A DNA stretch of 64,000 nucleotides, taken from NCBI GenBank assembly GCA_002633005.1, contig NMRA01000264.1, forward strand, positions 517,035-581,034, in the 5' to 3' direction. The notes beneath the pieces were generated by a model, which did no database searches, was not told where the DNA came from, and saw only the letters and a program-made list of their open reading frames with translations. The DNA is from Phoronis australis (taxonomy: Eukaryota > Animalia > Phoronida). A program made the position numbers and the translations under genes. Of this stretch, positions 11,701 through 22,479 are shown piece by piece (within the stretch, counting starts at the first letter, position 1; every line of letters begins with the position of its first letter).

Positions 11701-11886
11701 GTTAGGTATGTTCTCGGGTCAGAAGACTTCGGGCGGCATATTGGATTTGTACAAGACGGTACAAAGTGCGGTGCTGGAAAATGGTGCAACTCGGGTAAAT
11801 GCGTACTAACGAACTCAAGTGGAACTGAAGGATTCTGTATTTTGAAAATATTGCTGATTCTTATCCTGGTTGCTGCAATACTCTGA
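2606..11886 (+). CDS. ADAM/reprolysin (M12B) metalloprotease-disintegrin, 3' nine exons; 5' exons not identified and probably upstream of the window
   Basis: Exons 2606-2705, 3279-3418, 7004-7172, 7987-8157, 10142-10195, 10445-10511, 10755-10866, 11244-11345 and 11706-11886 all have canonical AG/GT boundaries with compatible phases. They give one ORF with HEIGHLLNLGHD, a CIM Met-turn, CGNGVVERNEECDCG, a disintegrin domain and an ADAM Cys-rich domain, ending at TGA 11884-11886. Confidence 0.93.
3279..3418 (+). CDS. ADAM exon with zinc-binding motif and Met-turn
   Basis: ttctctcacag|HDHKSIEVMSVSLAHEIGHLLNLGHDDTRRTCHSCSDSSGCIMSEI|gtatgt. Confidence 0.93.
4056..4159. repeat. Local tandem duplication (about 57-bp period, 2 copies)
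   Basis: TGCGCTGGCCGGTCAGGTGGGTCCGGCCATTGCAGTGATCAGACGTT occurs twice. Confidence 0.85.
4245..4370 (-). mobile_element. tRNA-derived SINE remnant
   Basis: Reverse complement contains the B-box GGATTCGAGTCTC followed by ...CCCTTGAGCAAGG. Resembles the + strand copy at about 53110-53240. Confidence 0.45.
4876..5565. mobile_element. Non-autonomous Kolobok-type element with TTAA TSD
   Basis: TTAA|AGAGGCCTGGAAAGCGAAA ... TTTCGCTTTCCATGCCACT|TTAA; TIR matches 17/19. Confidence 0.7.
6054..6868. repeat. About 198-bp direct duplication (6054-6251 and 6670-6868) across a single-N join
   Basis: Two near-identical copies. The second starts immediately after the N at 6669. Confidence 0.85.
7004..7172 (+). 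CDS. ADAM exon, end of protease and start of disintegrin
   Basis: ttttatag|SAVPLPSVWSGCTSEDL...CGNGVVERNEECDCGQ|gtaaat. Confidence 0.92.
7380..7690. repeat. Dispersed repeat, inverted homologue of about 20390-20700 (DNA transposon subterminal sequence)
   Basis: CCTAACAGCGTTTTTGAGG and AAATGAAATTTTGACTTAAAA match the reverse complement of 20500-20630. Confidence 0.6.
7987..8157 (+). CDS. ADAM exon, disintegrin domain
   Basis: ttttcatag|[57 protein letters not shown]|gtgagt. Confidence 0.95.
8158..8801 (+). repeat. 14-bp GC-rich minisatellite (GCGAGCTCATCCGC)n, 46 units
   Basis: 36 identical units at 8256-8759, with degenerate units on both sides. Confidence 0.97.
9040..9405. repeat. Degenerate tandem repeat (TGATGATGTCACGCCCA-like)
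   Basis: Recurrent GATGTCAC/GTCACGCCCA motifs at about 25-bp spacing. Confidence 0.5.
10142..10195 (+). CDS. ADAM exon, disintegrin/Cys-rich junction
   Basis: atacag|CPEKDAGKPDGSKCDAGK|gtgag, phase 0-0. Confidence 0.88.
10445..10511 (+). CDS. ADAM exon, Cys-rich domain
   Basis: tcttttcag|HYCYQARCVTLSNQCSYLFNTP|gtatga. Confidence 0.9.
10755..10866 (+). CDS. ADAM exon, Cys-rich domain
   Basis: ctcttgatag|EAALRRETARCYAFNVRGDKLGYCSVANNGNYLPCAR|gtaagt. Confidence 0.88.
11244..11345 (+). CDS. ADAM exon, Cys-rich domain
   Basis: tcttttcag|QDVRCGVLFCNLVQHGGEVPTSRLHLATAYYLKC|gtaag. Confidence 0.9.
11706..11886 (+). CDS. ADAM terminal exon with hydrophobic C-terminus
   Basis: ttctgttag|YVLGSEDFGRHIGFVQDGTKCGAGKWCNSGKCVLTNSSGTEGFCILKILLILILVAAIL*. 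V.DGT.CG.GK.C..GKC is the canonical end of the ADAM Cys-rich domain. Confidence 0.9.
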
Positions 11887-12815
11887 TTATTTTATTATTC
11901 TGTGAAACTAAGAAGAGCGTAACATCTACAAACATCTACATTCAGGTAGAAAAAGATCGAGGATGTGAAACAATGTTAATGGTGAGAGAATGGAAAGTTG
12001 GTTAACTTTGTCACACGCCTGACAATATGCCAATTGTTCTATGGCTGTTGAGCTGTGTCAATCAAATGTCAAATGACAACAAGTAACTACAAGCCATACC
12101 AAGAACGATTAATACATCTCTGTTTTCATGTTAGGCTTATCATTACTAATTTTTGTATCGGTTGTAAGCATTCACACTTTCTTGTTCCTTGAATTGTTTA
12201 ACAATTGATACGCGGCCCTAACACGACATTTAAAGAGTATAAAAATATACAGGAAATACATGGGAGCTTTTACAAGAAGATTCTCGAAGTAGGAGGTTCT
12301 CTTTCGAACACAACATCCCTCATTAGTTCTCCCTTATTTCAGAACTGCTTTTCTCATCGTAAACAATTTCAAACCCAATCTGGGCCTTTCACCTCAGTAG
12401 ACTTAGCAAAAATTTCCGCGTCTTGTTGAAACTTCATTACTTTTGCGAAGAGGAGTACACAGAGGATTTAGACGTATGGGTAAAAGGGTTCGTGAAGAGA
12501 CAACGCTAGTTGATTAAACTTGAGACTATTAACACTCAAACTCTCATGCCACTCATGCTTATAACACTACATAGCGCCTTCTCATTGCTCAGAATACATG
12601 ATTGATCTTTGACGAAGTCGTCTTGCGTTCGTGTATCACGCCCCTTTAAATTAACAGCAACTCAAGATTTCCTGCCTGGACAGTTTGCAGTCTTGCCACC
12701 TAGCGTTTAGATAGGAAACCAGCCAGGGGGCTGACCAATATTCTAAAAGTTGACATCTTGAGTAGGGCTTTTCGGCCTGTGCGATAGGGCTATCTTCGTT
12801 CCAGAGGCAATAAAA

Positions 12816-13387
12816 TATGATGGGCCGTTGGGGGGAAAGTGTCGCCGGAAAAATACGAGCGTAATTATGTACATTACGCTGTTATTTACGCCGTTAATTA
12901 CGCCGTAAAAGTACGAGCGTTGTTTAGTTTAAACTCTTAGCCAATGACGTTGGGTTTTACAATCCACGGTCGCGCGTGCTCATGGAAATACTTATTTACT
13001 GACGGGTAACATGTCTATGATACGAGTGCTGAATCATGGCGGATCAAATCGCTGCTGCAATGTCAGCGATTGTGCAAGAACGAGCTGCCCAGCAACAATC
13101 GTGTATATTAGGTCAACACTGATTGGTTTAAATTTGGAACGTTCTTAAGGTATTTAATGAGCGTAACTTACGGCGACATTTCCCCCATTTAATTTACGGG
13201 CGTAATTTTACTGCAACACTTTTGCAATTTAATTTACGCACGTAATCACGAACGTAATTTTACGGTGAAACTTTCCCCCATTTAATTTACGAGCGTAATT
13301 GTACGGCGACACTCCTGCAATTTAATTTACGCTCGTAATTACGAGCGTAATTTTACGGCGACACTTTCCCCTCAACGGCCCACCATA
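12816..13387. mobile_element. Foldback/MITE with long TIRs and internal tandem subrepeats
   Basis: TATGATGGGCCGTTGGGGGGAAAGTGTCGCCG ... CGGCGACACTTTCCCCTCAACGGCCCACCATA. ATAAAA on both flanks. About 40-bp TTTAATTTACG..CGTAATT repeats inside. Confidence 0.8.
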
Positions 13388-15709
13388 ATAAAACGCTTGT
13401 TTTCGTTGATCTCGCTTTGGAATGTCAGAGAGAGCTTCACAGGTCATTTTGGAAACCGAACTTGACATCACGCATCCACGGATGTTTGTCAAGTTTATTC
13501 AGCTGTCTCCCGTCGGAGTTGCAGCACACCGATAATAAATGTACTTCGTTCACATTGGAAAGTCAACTGGAGTTATGCAGCAGCTAAAAATGTAAATAAT
13601 ACAATAAAAAGCAACTCGTGGAACTCCAATGGCGCAAAAACGAAGCTGTAAAACTGCTTGTCGGATTTTATAGCATTGTGGGTAAATACAGCGAGATTCT
13701 AACCTCTCTGAGTAATCCGGGACGGCCCAATTCCTTCGCAGAATATCCCCCGTTTGAAAATGTTCAAATCGATGCTATTCGGCAGGACAAGAGAATTTTC
13801 GACTTTTGTCCGATAGGTATAATACGCGCTTTTCTTGGTTTAAACTGTTAGCGTAGTGCCGAAGCACTGCTTCGGAAACATCCACTTTCCCGATGCCGTT
13901 TTGCACCCGAAAAGCTCGCAAAAAGTGGCGGGACTAATACTGAAAACTTGCAAAAATACCCAGTGCAACACACTGATCAGTTTAAAGTAGCAGCAAGGGT
14001 CAACCTAATGACGAGTTAGTGTCTAAAAATGAAGTCCGGTGACGTATTTGTTGGCAAGTGATCAAAATTCAGTTTTAAGGGCCCTAGAAATATTTTTAAG
14101 TTTGATAACTTTGTAACATTATTAGAAACTGTCGGCCAGGCTCACATGAAACGTTCACACGCTTGGGCTTAAGACAATGTTGGAATTGTGCCGCTTTTTA
14201 TAAAATGAATCTTCAAAAACACGAAAAAACGTTTTTGAGCATTATCGTGTTATTTGTAACGTTGCTGTGTTGTTAATTTACTTTTCGTTTTTACTTTACA
14301 ATTAATGGCAAATTGGTGGAAAGTCAAAATTCTTATTCCTTCTACAAGCGTTCTACTTTCAGGAAATACATACGTTTACATAGATTTAGTATATATTCTT
14401 GTCGATGTGGATAGTTGTACTGACCTTTGACCTCAGTTCTGTATCTGCATTTGTTTCCCCAATACAGTCTTTGTTTTGCAGTTACTGGTTTTGGTTGTCT
14501 TTGCTGTTCACATCTCGTTATAATTTCCACAGAAGATAAACAAAGACTTGTCGATTTTGTTCTACATAACCCTACCAGGTTACGTGAGGGTGTAAAAATG
14601 TGGACATTTGGCGAACTTCGGAACATCTAACCTCACAAAACCCGGGTTGGATTCAAGTGACACCTTCAGATAGTATGCACTGGTTATCATAACGCTGCCA
14701 AGATTTGTTTTTGAAATGTTAACTTCGGCATGAGGTCCTGTAAAAAATTGTGACTTAAAGGACGAAAGGATAATTTAGAAAACGTTTTCAAAAATTTATT
14801 TTGAATATGTATCAAAAACAATTTGGTCGTGATATTGGTAACATCGTTTTATTATGAATGTATTCTTGGTAACTTTCAATAAAAAGACACGTTTACATTA
14901 TCCATTTATTGAAGACTGTCATAAATGACGACTCATTTTATCTACTTTCTGCTATTCTGAAAAACTATATCTTTATTTGGTAAAATTGTAAAATTTTTAG
15001 TCATTTTATGAAATTCAGTCTAGTCCACGGGGTCCCACATTTTCCGTGTACTAAAATTGAGAAAGTGACGACTTTTTCCTTATTTTTCATACATGCGCTC
15101 TTTGCCGGACATGTAACAAGACTCCTGAGAGTTCACTCGGGATTTTTCGAATCTTGATATCGTGACGGCTTTCATGGAAATCTCAGGTTAGCGGAAAGTA
15201 AGTGGTTTAACACAGCTTCTTAGTGCAGTAAGACCGATGAACTGGAGGGGCATCCTTCAAAATGTTTCCTAGATGGCTTGGGGTGATAAATGTTGTGACA
15301 AATGGGTCGACTCCCTTCAAAAGCCAGACTTGACAACATCATAACTATAACAGTATCTGGAGAAATCACCATTGTGTCACTACAATCGGACAAAGTGCGA
15401 TATGAAACCATATTTCATGAGCCAAAAGAACTATATTGACACAAATAAACAACAAAAAATCATTTACATGTAGGGTTATAATTACATGAAAAGCGACAAC
15501 ACTTATAACCACAGACAAAACACTCATTTTACTAAACACAAAAACAAATAAAAGTCACACACTGGACCTACAAAATCTGACAATAGTTTTTTATGTATCT
15601 TCACATAAAATAATCCGGTAACGGTTATTAATCTTTACATACAATAATCCGACAGTAATCGTTTACGGGTCTTTTTATAAGATAAGGTACAATCTTTTGA
15701 AATATATCA

Positions 15710-15917
15710 ACTGGTAACTGTCCCGACGGGGCAGTGTAAAGACAACCGAATTCCAATGACAAGCATGTACCAGGAGCACCAAGGGTTCTGGCCTTGTTCT
15801 ACTGGTAACTGTCCCGATGGGGCAGTATAAAGACAAGCAAGGACTAGCATGGAATCTGTTGCCATTAAGTCGGCTTCTTGTGAGTCAAACAGTCCCGACG
15901 AAGCGGTATAAAGACAA
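15710..15917 (+). repeat. Three spaced copies of a 36-bp hairpin-containing repeat
   Basis: ACTGGTAACTGTCCCGAYGGGGCAGTRTAAAGACAA at 15710-15745 and 15801-15836, with a degenerate copy at 15888-15917. Confidence 0.75.
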
Positions 15918-16429
15918 CCTGGAACAACATGTAAGCTGTTGCCATTCAGCCAATTTCATACCCTAGAAGTCAATGACGCTGTTGCCAACGAGCCAGCGTC
16001 TCATCTCCACAAGAAGAAGAAGACTGGAATACCACCACCTTCCAACCAGGTCTTGTCGCTCGATCCGCGTCCACACCAACCACAGCAAGGACAGATCTTG
16101 CGAAGCTGTCCGAGTGCTTCGCCCTCATCTACTGTGCAACGCTGTTATTGAAATATATGCATATGGCCATAGGCCCAAAGTACAACATATAATATACCAG
16201 GCAGTACATTGCCAGGTGCCTTACTAACCAGATAGAGTTATGTAATTCGGTATGTGTAGAGGAAGCTGTACGTGTTAGTTTGCAGTGCGTACCAAGACCT
16301 TTGGGTTCACTACTTAAGTGATCGTTTTTGTTATTCTCTCGCATCTAAAATTAAATCTCTCACTAGACCTCCGGATGCCCTGCCTCTAAAATTCGCCCAC
16401 CATGCTCTCTAGCGTCGAAATTTATATAA

Positions 16430-16695
16430 AATGATTCGGTTATAATAATTCATGGATCTTTACTTAAAATAATCCGGTTATTATCTTTTATGGGGCTTTA
16501 CAAACAGTAATCCGATCATAACCTTTCATTCATTTTTACGTGTCATAATTCGGTTAAAATCGTTTGTGGGTCTTAACAAACAATAATCCTGTTACAATAT
16601 TGCATGGGTCTTTACAGCTAATATTCCGGTAACAATCTTTTATGGGTCAAGAGTCAGGCTACGTCTTTCATGGATCTTTATGTATAACAATCCGG

Positions 16696-16760
<65 letters not shown>

Positions 16761-16860
16761 TATATAGATATATACATACATATATACATATATATATATA
16801 CATACATATATACATATATATATTATTGATATATAATAATATGTAATAATCTGATTATAA
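16430..16860. repeat. Degenerate TAATCCGGTTATAATC minisatellite plus (TA)n microsatellite
   Basis: About 35-bp period motif, also seen at 15600-15700. (TA)n/(TACA)n at 16697-16822. Confidence 0.75.
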
Positions 16861-16926
16861 TCTTTTCTCGCGATCTGTAATGTGTTACGACACTACTGGT
16901 TACTAACACTGAGTAGGTTATTTTTC

Positions 16927-17277
16927 AAAATAAAACTATTAACAAAAAGTTACTGAGATTACAATGCGCAAGCGTGTTTTTAGAAAAATTGCGTCATGTG
17001 GTTGAAAGTTTTAGACACGTCGAGTTTTTCGGAAAAAGATTGTTTTACGGTTCATGTAAGCCTCGGGATTTTGATAAAATTTCTAAGAAGATTTACCCAT
17101 GTCATAAACCTGAGACGAGTGTAGGATTTGTTTTCTTACATGAACCATAAAAATGATATTTTTGCTAAAAAAACTCGACGTGTCTAAAACTTTCAACCAC
17201 ATGAGGCAATTTTTGTAAAAATGCGCTGGCGCAATGTAAAATAAGCTCATGGGTTTTTGTTAATAGTTTTGTTTCAA
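16927..17277. mobile_element. Hairpin MITE, arms about 135 bp
   Basis: CATGTGGTTGAAAGTTTTAGACACGTCGAGTTTTT pairs with AAAAACTCGACGTGTCTAAAACTTTCAACCACATG. Confidence 0.8.
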
Positions 17278-17367
17278 ACCTAACAATTGCAATTTGCATT
17301 CAGCTTTAGAATCTAATTGTCTTTGAAGTTGTAATATTAAAACTTAACAAATGTTTATAAATAACAG

Positions 17368-18200
17368 TCAGCAGGGCTTTCCCACGCGTGAACACTGAAA
17401 TGATCCAGAGACAGCACCACGTTCGTCTCTGTTTGAATGAACGCGGATTTGGAATTCACCGCCAAAGATGGGTCCGTTTAAGAAGTTGCTTGCATGTCCT
17501 TCTGACTGAGAGTACGTACAGTTGCAACACATGATTTGCCACCTTGTCACCTTCACGGAATTCCGGCATTGTTTGTTTAGCGCCGGTTTGGTTGTTACTA
17601 TTAGTGTTTTGCAGACGATAAGGGGTATGGATTTCTACTTTGCAGTGCTTTGTGATTTGCCCATGTAATATAAAAATACGCATTCGGTGTTATTAACTCG
17701 TCGTGTCGTAACACATTCCAGGTCATGCGAGAAATAATATTTTATGGATCGTTTCTTGAAATATTCGGGTTATCAAATTCCGCGTCGGTTGTTATTAGCT
17801 TGTCTTTCTCCGCCTTCCACTCCACAAACTGACAAAAACAACGTTTTCGGTCATCTGTCAGGTGACGAATGTCGTCCTTTCTGACCTTGTGCACGTTTGT
17901 AGCATATCGGTCCGTGAGAATTTCCACGTAATCCTGTATAAATTCTTTGATAAGATCCACTTCCTGAAGAAAATATGGACTGCGTGTTTAGGTCACGTTC
18001 TAAAACTACGAGTTTTGTACACAAGAAGTATCAGTTTAAATGTTTGCCTGGGGACTCTTTCTGATGCGTTCATTTTTGTGAAGTGCTTTTGCGTAAAAAG
18101 CTCTCAGGGGCCTCTTTCTTAAAAATGGCGGTCTCGTTCGGAATCTTGGACTGTGTATCACTGACCACAAAGCGCTGGTTGGACTTGAAATACTAGTAGT
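17368..18200 (-). mobile_element. Decayed, internally deleted Crypton (tyrosine recombinase) transposon remnant
   Basis: Frameshifted fragments KHAVHIF..W, KVRKDD, ITTDAEF, TTR.VN, QITKH.KVE and C-terminal FLNGPIFGGEFQIRVH resemble Crypton/DUF3504 proteins. Confidence 0.5.
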
Positions 18201-20344
18201 CTTGACGGAAAATGCCCCATGCAACACCAGGACACAAACATTGAAACAGCATTAGTGATGAAAAATGAAAAATGGAGCCGTAAAATACCCTTGGAATGTC
18301 TTTTATTTCACTTAGTGATACCAGTACAAAATTTTTGTTATTTTCCAGTTTCTCAGTATATCCTACAAATGAACACAGTAGGTTAATACTCCATGTCTAC
18401 ATTTGGAGGAGCAATCATTGTGATAGAACCGTTCTTTAAGTAATTACTTGCATTTTTTGTGTGCTAGACTACAGAGCAGGTTAAGCTTTTCATTGAGGGA
18501 TCGCTGCAAGTGTACATAAACCAGCACAAACACTGGCATTCAATTGTTTTAATTTTTCATCACCATTTCAATGAGCCAAAGCAGATGTCCACTACATAAT
18601 TAAGGCAAACAATAAAAGATTACAGATGTTTGATCGTTTTGGCTCTATTTAGTTCACCGTTTCACGTCGTTTTCTTCGCGAAAGTTTCATTATACAATTG
18701 GTTATTTTTTCTCTTCGTCGGGTTCAAAGGGCACTTTGGCATTGCCAATGGTTACTTCTTCAGTTTTAAGTTATGGAATCTACACACAAATCTTGTTCGA
18801 AGTGCAGTAATTACATGAACACACACTGTTGAACATCGCAAACGTCCAAAGATGGTCATTTCAAATTCCCTTTTGATCGTTCAAAATGCACGGTCCATCG
18901 ATTTCACATTCTTGTTAACTTTTGATCACAAGCTGCTTTCCACTGAAAACACCACTTTGCATAGAAGTACTGAAAACTGTTCAATTTTTAAGAAAGCTAG
19001 TATTTCTGGTTTTTTTCAGAAAAAAGTTTTCTATTGATTATTACTATACAAAACTATGTAAAGACTGACAAAAGCAGTAAACCAACATATTTTTCCAAAT
19101 AACACGATTGAAATAGATATTCCAGCAAGAACTCTTTGTTTTTAACTCAGGTTGACACCACGATTTTTTGCACAATTGGCAATAATGAAATGACAGGCCA
19201 AGTTGGCACGGAGTAAGGAACCCTCGGCCTAATTTATCATTTAGACTTCATGGATCAAAGCGAATGTTTGTTCCAAAGATACGTAAGATCGTTTTCAGTA
19301 ATATTTCTGACTGTCCAATTTATATAGATACCTGTTTCTTGCAAGGTGGACACCAAAAGCTTCCCCTTTTCTTCAGTCTACTACGTGCAAGTCTTAACTA
19401 CAAACATGACGTGGAGTATTAATAAACAAAAATGAACAAAATCAAGAAAAAGAGGACAAAATGTATGAACTACTGATGCCTTTTTCGCGTCTTAACCAAC
19501 AGATAAAGTAGACGTATGAATCGCCACTAGCCCAGCTGAGAATAATCACATTGGTGGTTTGGACTTAAGTTTTAGATGGATTATGCACACCGTTGCACAA
19601 ACGGTGAAATCGACCCAAGTTGTCATATTAAAATATACTGAGATGATAAATGCTTAATAAGATATCTAAACAGAACAAAGTCTTTTGCTCAAAAACCTGC
19701 CTAAAATGAAAGAAACTTAAGAAATCGAAGTGTAAGGGCTCGGTCGATACGCGGAATCATGTATCGTGGGATATTGCTTCATGTGCGCCACTCTCGGTAC
19801 GTTTTGTGCATGAATATACGCTCTTTCATATATTTCTCTTTGTTTGGTATTGTATACTTGTATCTGGTTAAATAAACCCCCCCTCTCTAACAGGCCAAAA
19901 TAAACCACATAGGAATAAAATGCATAAAACATGAAGATGAAAATTGATCCTTCTTAACAGAGCACTCTTCGTCTGCTTTGTAAAGTACATTTCAATCGAT
20001 AAAGGCACGTAACTGTACAACAACTTTAATTTATACTGAGTATCTATCCCTGCCTAAAACCTGATTTTGACTGCAGTGACGATAATGATCGACACATTGC
20101 ATACTTACTTTACACTTGCTTAAATCGTAGTACACCATATGAATCTTTATCATGGTTAAAGAACATTTCAGCTTAAGACGTAAACAGATTCTGAGCAGAA
20201 ATCCTACACTAGTACGGCATAACATTGGATTTACATGAATTTGTCGTATAAAGTGTTTTAATGTTTAGTATCAATATCTGATACATGTCCATTTAGAAAC
20301 TGCCGGGTGACATAATGTCACTATTGAGCAGTTTTTCCCAGGGG

Positions 20345-22400
20345 ACTTAAGGTTATCTCAAACCTTATTAACTCGTATATCAAAAACTAAGTATTGCCAA
20401 CTAGTAAAAGTATATATTTTCTGAAAGGACAAAGATTAGGAAATATAAAAAATATGTTTTGTATTTATGTAACCATTGTTAATATTACTATTACGTTAAC
20501 ACATTTTAAGTCAAAATTTCATTTTTGAGAAAGGTTCATTCATAGCAAAATAACCCTCGGTAGAGTTTAATGAAACCTTTTTAAGTGAAAACTTCACCAG
20601 TTACCTCAAAAACGCTGTTAGGATTATTTTATAATTTTTTCGTTTGGTTTCTATGGCAAATCAACTCGTAAAACGAATGGTATTTTTTGTAAAAAATAGA
20701 AGCCGTATTGGTCTTTGTTACATTAAGCAAAAATTAGGCGTTTATATCGAAAATCCTATCAACATTTTTGAGATTGATATATAAATACTGAGTTTGGAAA
20801 GTTTCAGCGAAATCCACCGGGCCGTTTTCGAGAACTCGTGTTCCTAAGTTCGAATAAAGTCGATTTGACGAAGCCGAGAAAAACCGATTAAACTGGGACA
20901 AGTGAAAATCTCAGTCTTTGGTTAATTATTCGGTGAAAACTTGTTTTCGGTAAATTTAACCCATACACGCCCCAGCCATGTTAGCTATTTCAACATTCAC
21001 TCGCATTGTCAACTGAATTTGCAGTGCGTAATTATCATGGGCGCACCCAGCCTAATGCATAAGGGGCTCGAATTTTTCGGTGTGCGGACCTTTTAGTGAA
21101 AGAAATCAACAAGGACTATAAAAAGGGGACCACTAGGTTCAGGCCCATGAATTGTGCATCTGCGCCGACTTCCCGTGGGATTTCGTAGACTTTTGTCTCG
21201 TTTACTCGGACTTTTTGTTTCACTGAGGCGGCTGAGGCAGACCGTTTTGCCCAATTCGCCAAACTGGGGAGCTCTTTCGAGCCCCGCGAGCTCCCCCAAG
21301 TAATTAAGTTAACTATCATTAAAACGTACCATACCCAACCACGGTGTGGGATCAACTATTGTTGTTTTTGTGCAGAAGGAAAACGTTTCTGTCATCTGAT
21401 ACCAAAATGATGTCTTTCGGTTGCTCTCTTGCAATCGTAACATTTGCTGCACCATTATAACGTTTGCCTCTTCTTGTGTCACGTCCATATCGTGTTTGTG
21501 GATGATGACTTCATCATTGCTGATCCCCTATAAGAGTTTTGTCTTGGACTGTGATTACGAGTTTGTACTTCTGAAGATGATCTCGATGGAACGATGAACA
21601 TTCTACCAATTCCGTACATGAGCTGTCTTTTGCTCCCTGTGACGGTCAAAATTACATTCCGCGCAGAAAGATGTCACCTCTGACAAAGGTGGCCACTGTC
21701 CGGCCAACAGGCCAGTGCACGACTCAAAGTAGAGTTGATCCATCGATGATGGTAATGTTTGGCTGTGCTGCAGTTCTGGAAGAAATTTCAAGTTGTAGTT
21801 TTCAACACGGATTTCGCTGCTTCCGTGAACATCGAGGTTGGAATAGGTTCCAACTCATGTGACATGACGTCATTGATATGTCAACTGCACGTGAACTTGC
21901 TTCAAGATCTATCACTCCCAGGCAGATTAGGTTGCTGTCAAAGATTTTTGTTCCACCAACCTTCACACTCTTCCTTTTTACCGCCATGGTTGTGATTCTT
22001 TTGTTGACGATGACATGGATATTTGCCGGCCATGTACCTTCAAACTCAGGCATTCCTTCTCTTCCCAATGCCAATGCCTCGTGAACGTTGGCTGAAGATG
22101 GACTAACCTTGCCACCGAGAATGTCGACTATACCATGTGGATAGTTCGAAGGATCAAACGGATGTTCAGTTTGTGCCTCATGGCTTTCCCGTCTTGCTTG
22201 TCAATGGAGATCCGGGCATGAGCATCTTCCTTGTGGGCGTTCGGCAGGCAGTCTACGAATTGCTACAGATGTGTAAACTTAATGCCCATGTTTTAAGTGT
22301 TTCAGGCTTGGGGATGATGCTGATTAAACCACCCTTTCTGCGACCGTACCTCATGAAGGTGGTTTCCATAAACAAGATACTCGTAAACAACCTGCATTTT
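20345..22400 (-). mobile_element. Decayed Academ (XPG/PIN-nuclease type) DNA transposon
   Basis: Fragments ETTFMRYGRRKGGLISIIPKPETLKTWALSLHICS, IIDGSTLL*VVHWPVGRTVATFV, KLVIT, TQEEANVIMVQQ and VSDDRNVFLL, with stops and frameshifts. Confidence 0.7.
21036..21300 (+). mobile_element. CATGCGCGCACCC-terminus MITE, copy 1
   Basis: Homologous to 63141-63402 and to the reverse complement of 50551-50762. Confidence 0.65.
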
Positions 22401-22479
22401 TGTCATACACGGGTGATTTTAATTTTCGAAAGGAATCAATGAAACCGATTGAATTAGTTTTATTAGACATTTTTGTTTA

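Noticed and set aside
15710-15917. CRISPR-like repeat-spacer pattern
   Set aside because: Only 2-3 repeats, spacers share motifs (TGTTGCCATT.AG), no cas genes, and a eukaryotic context.
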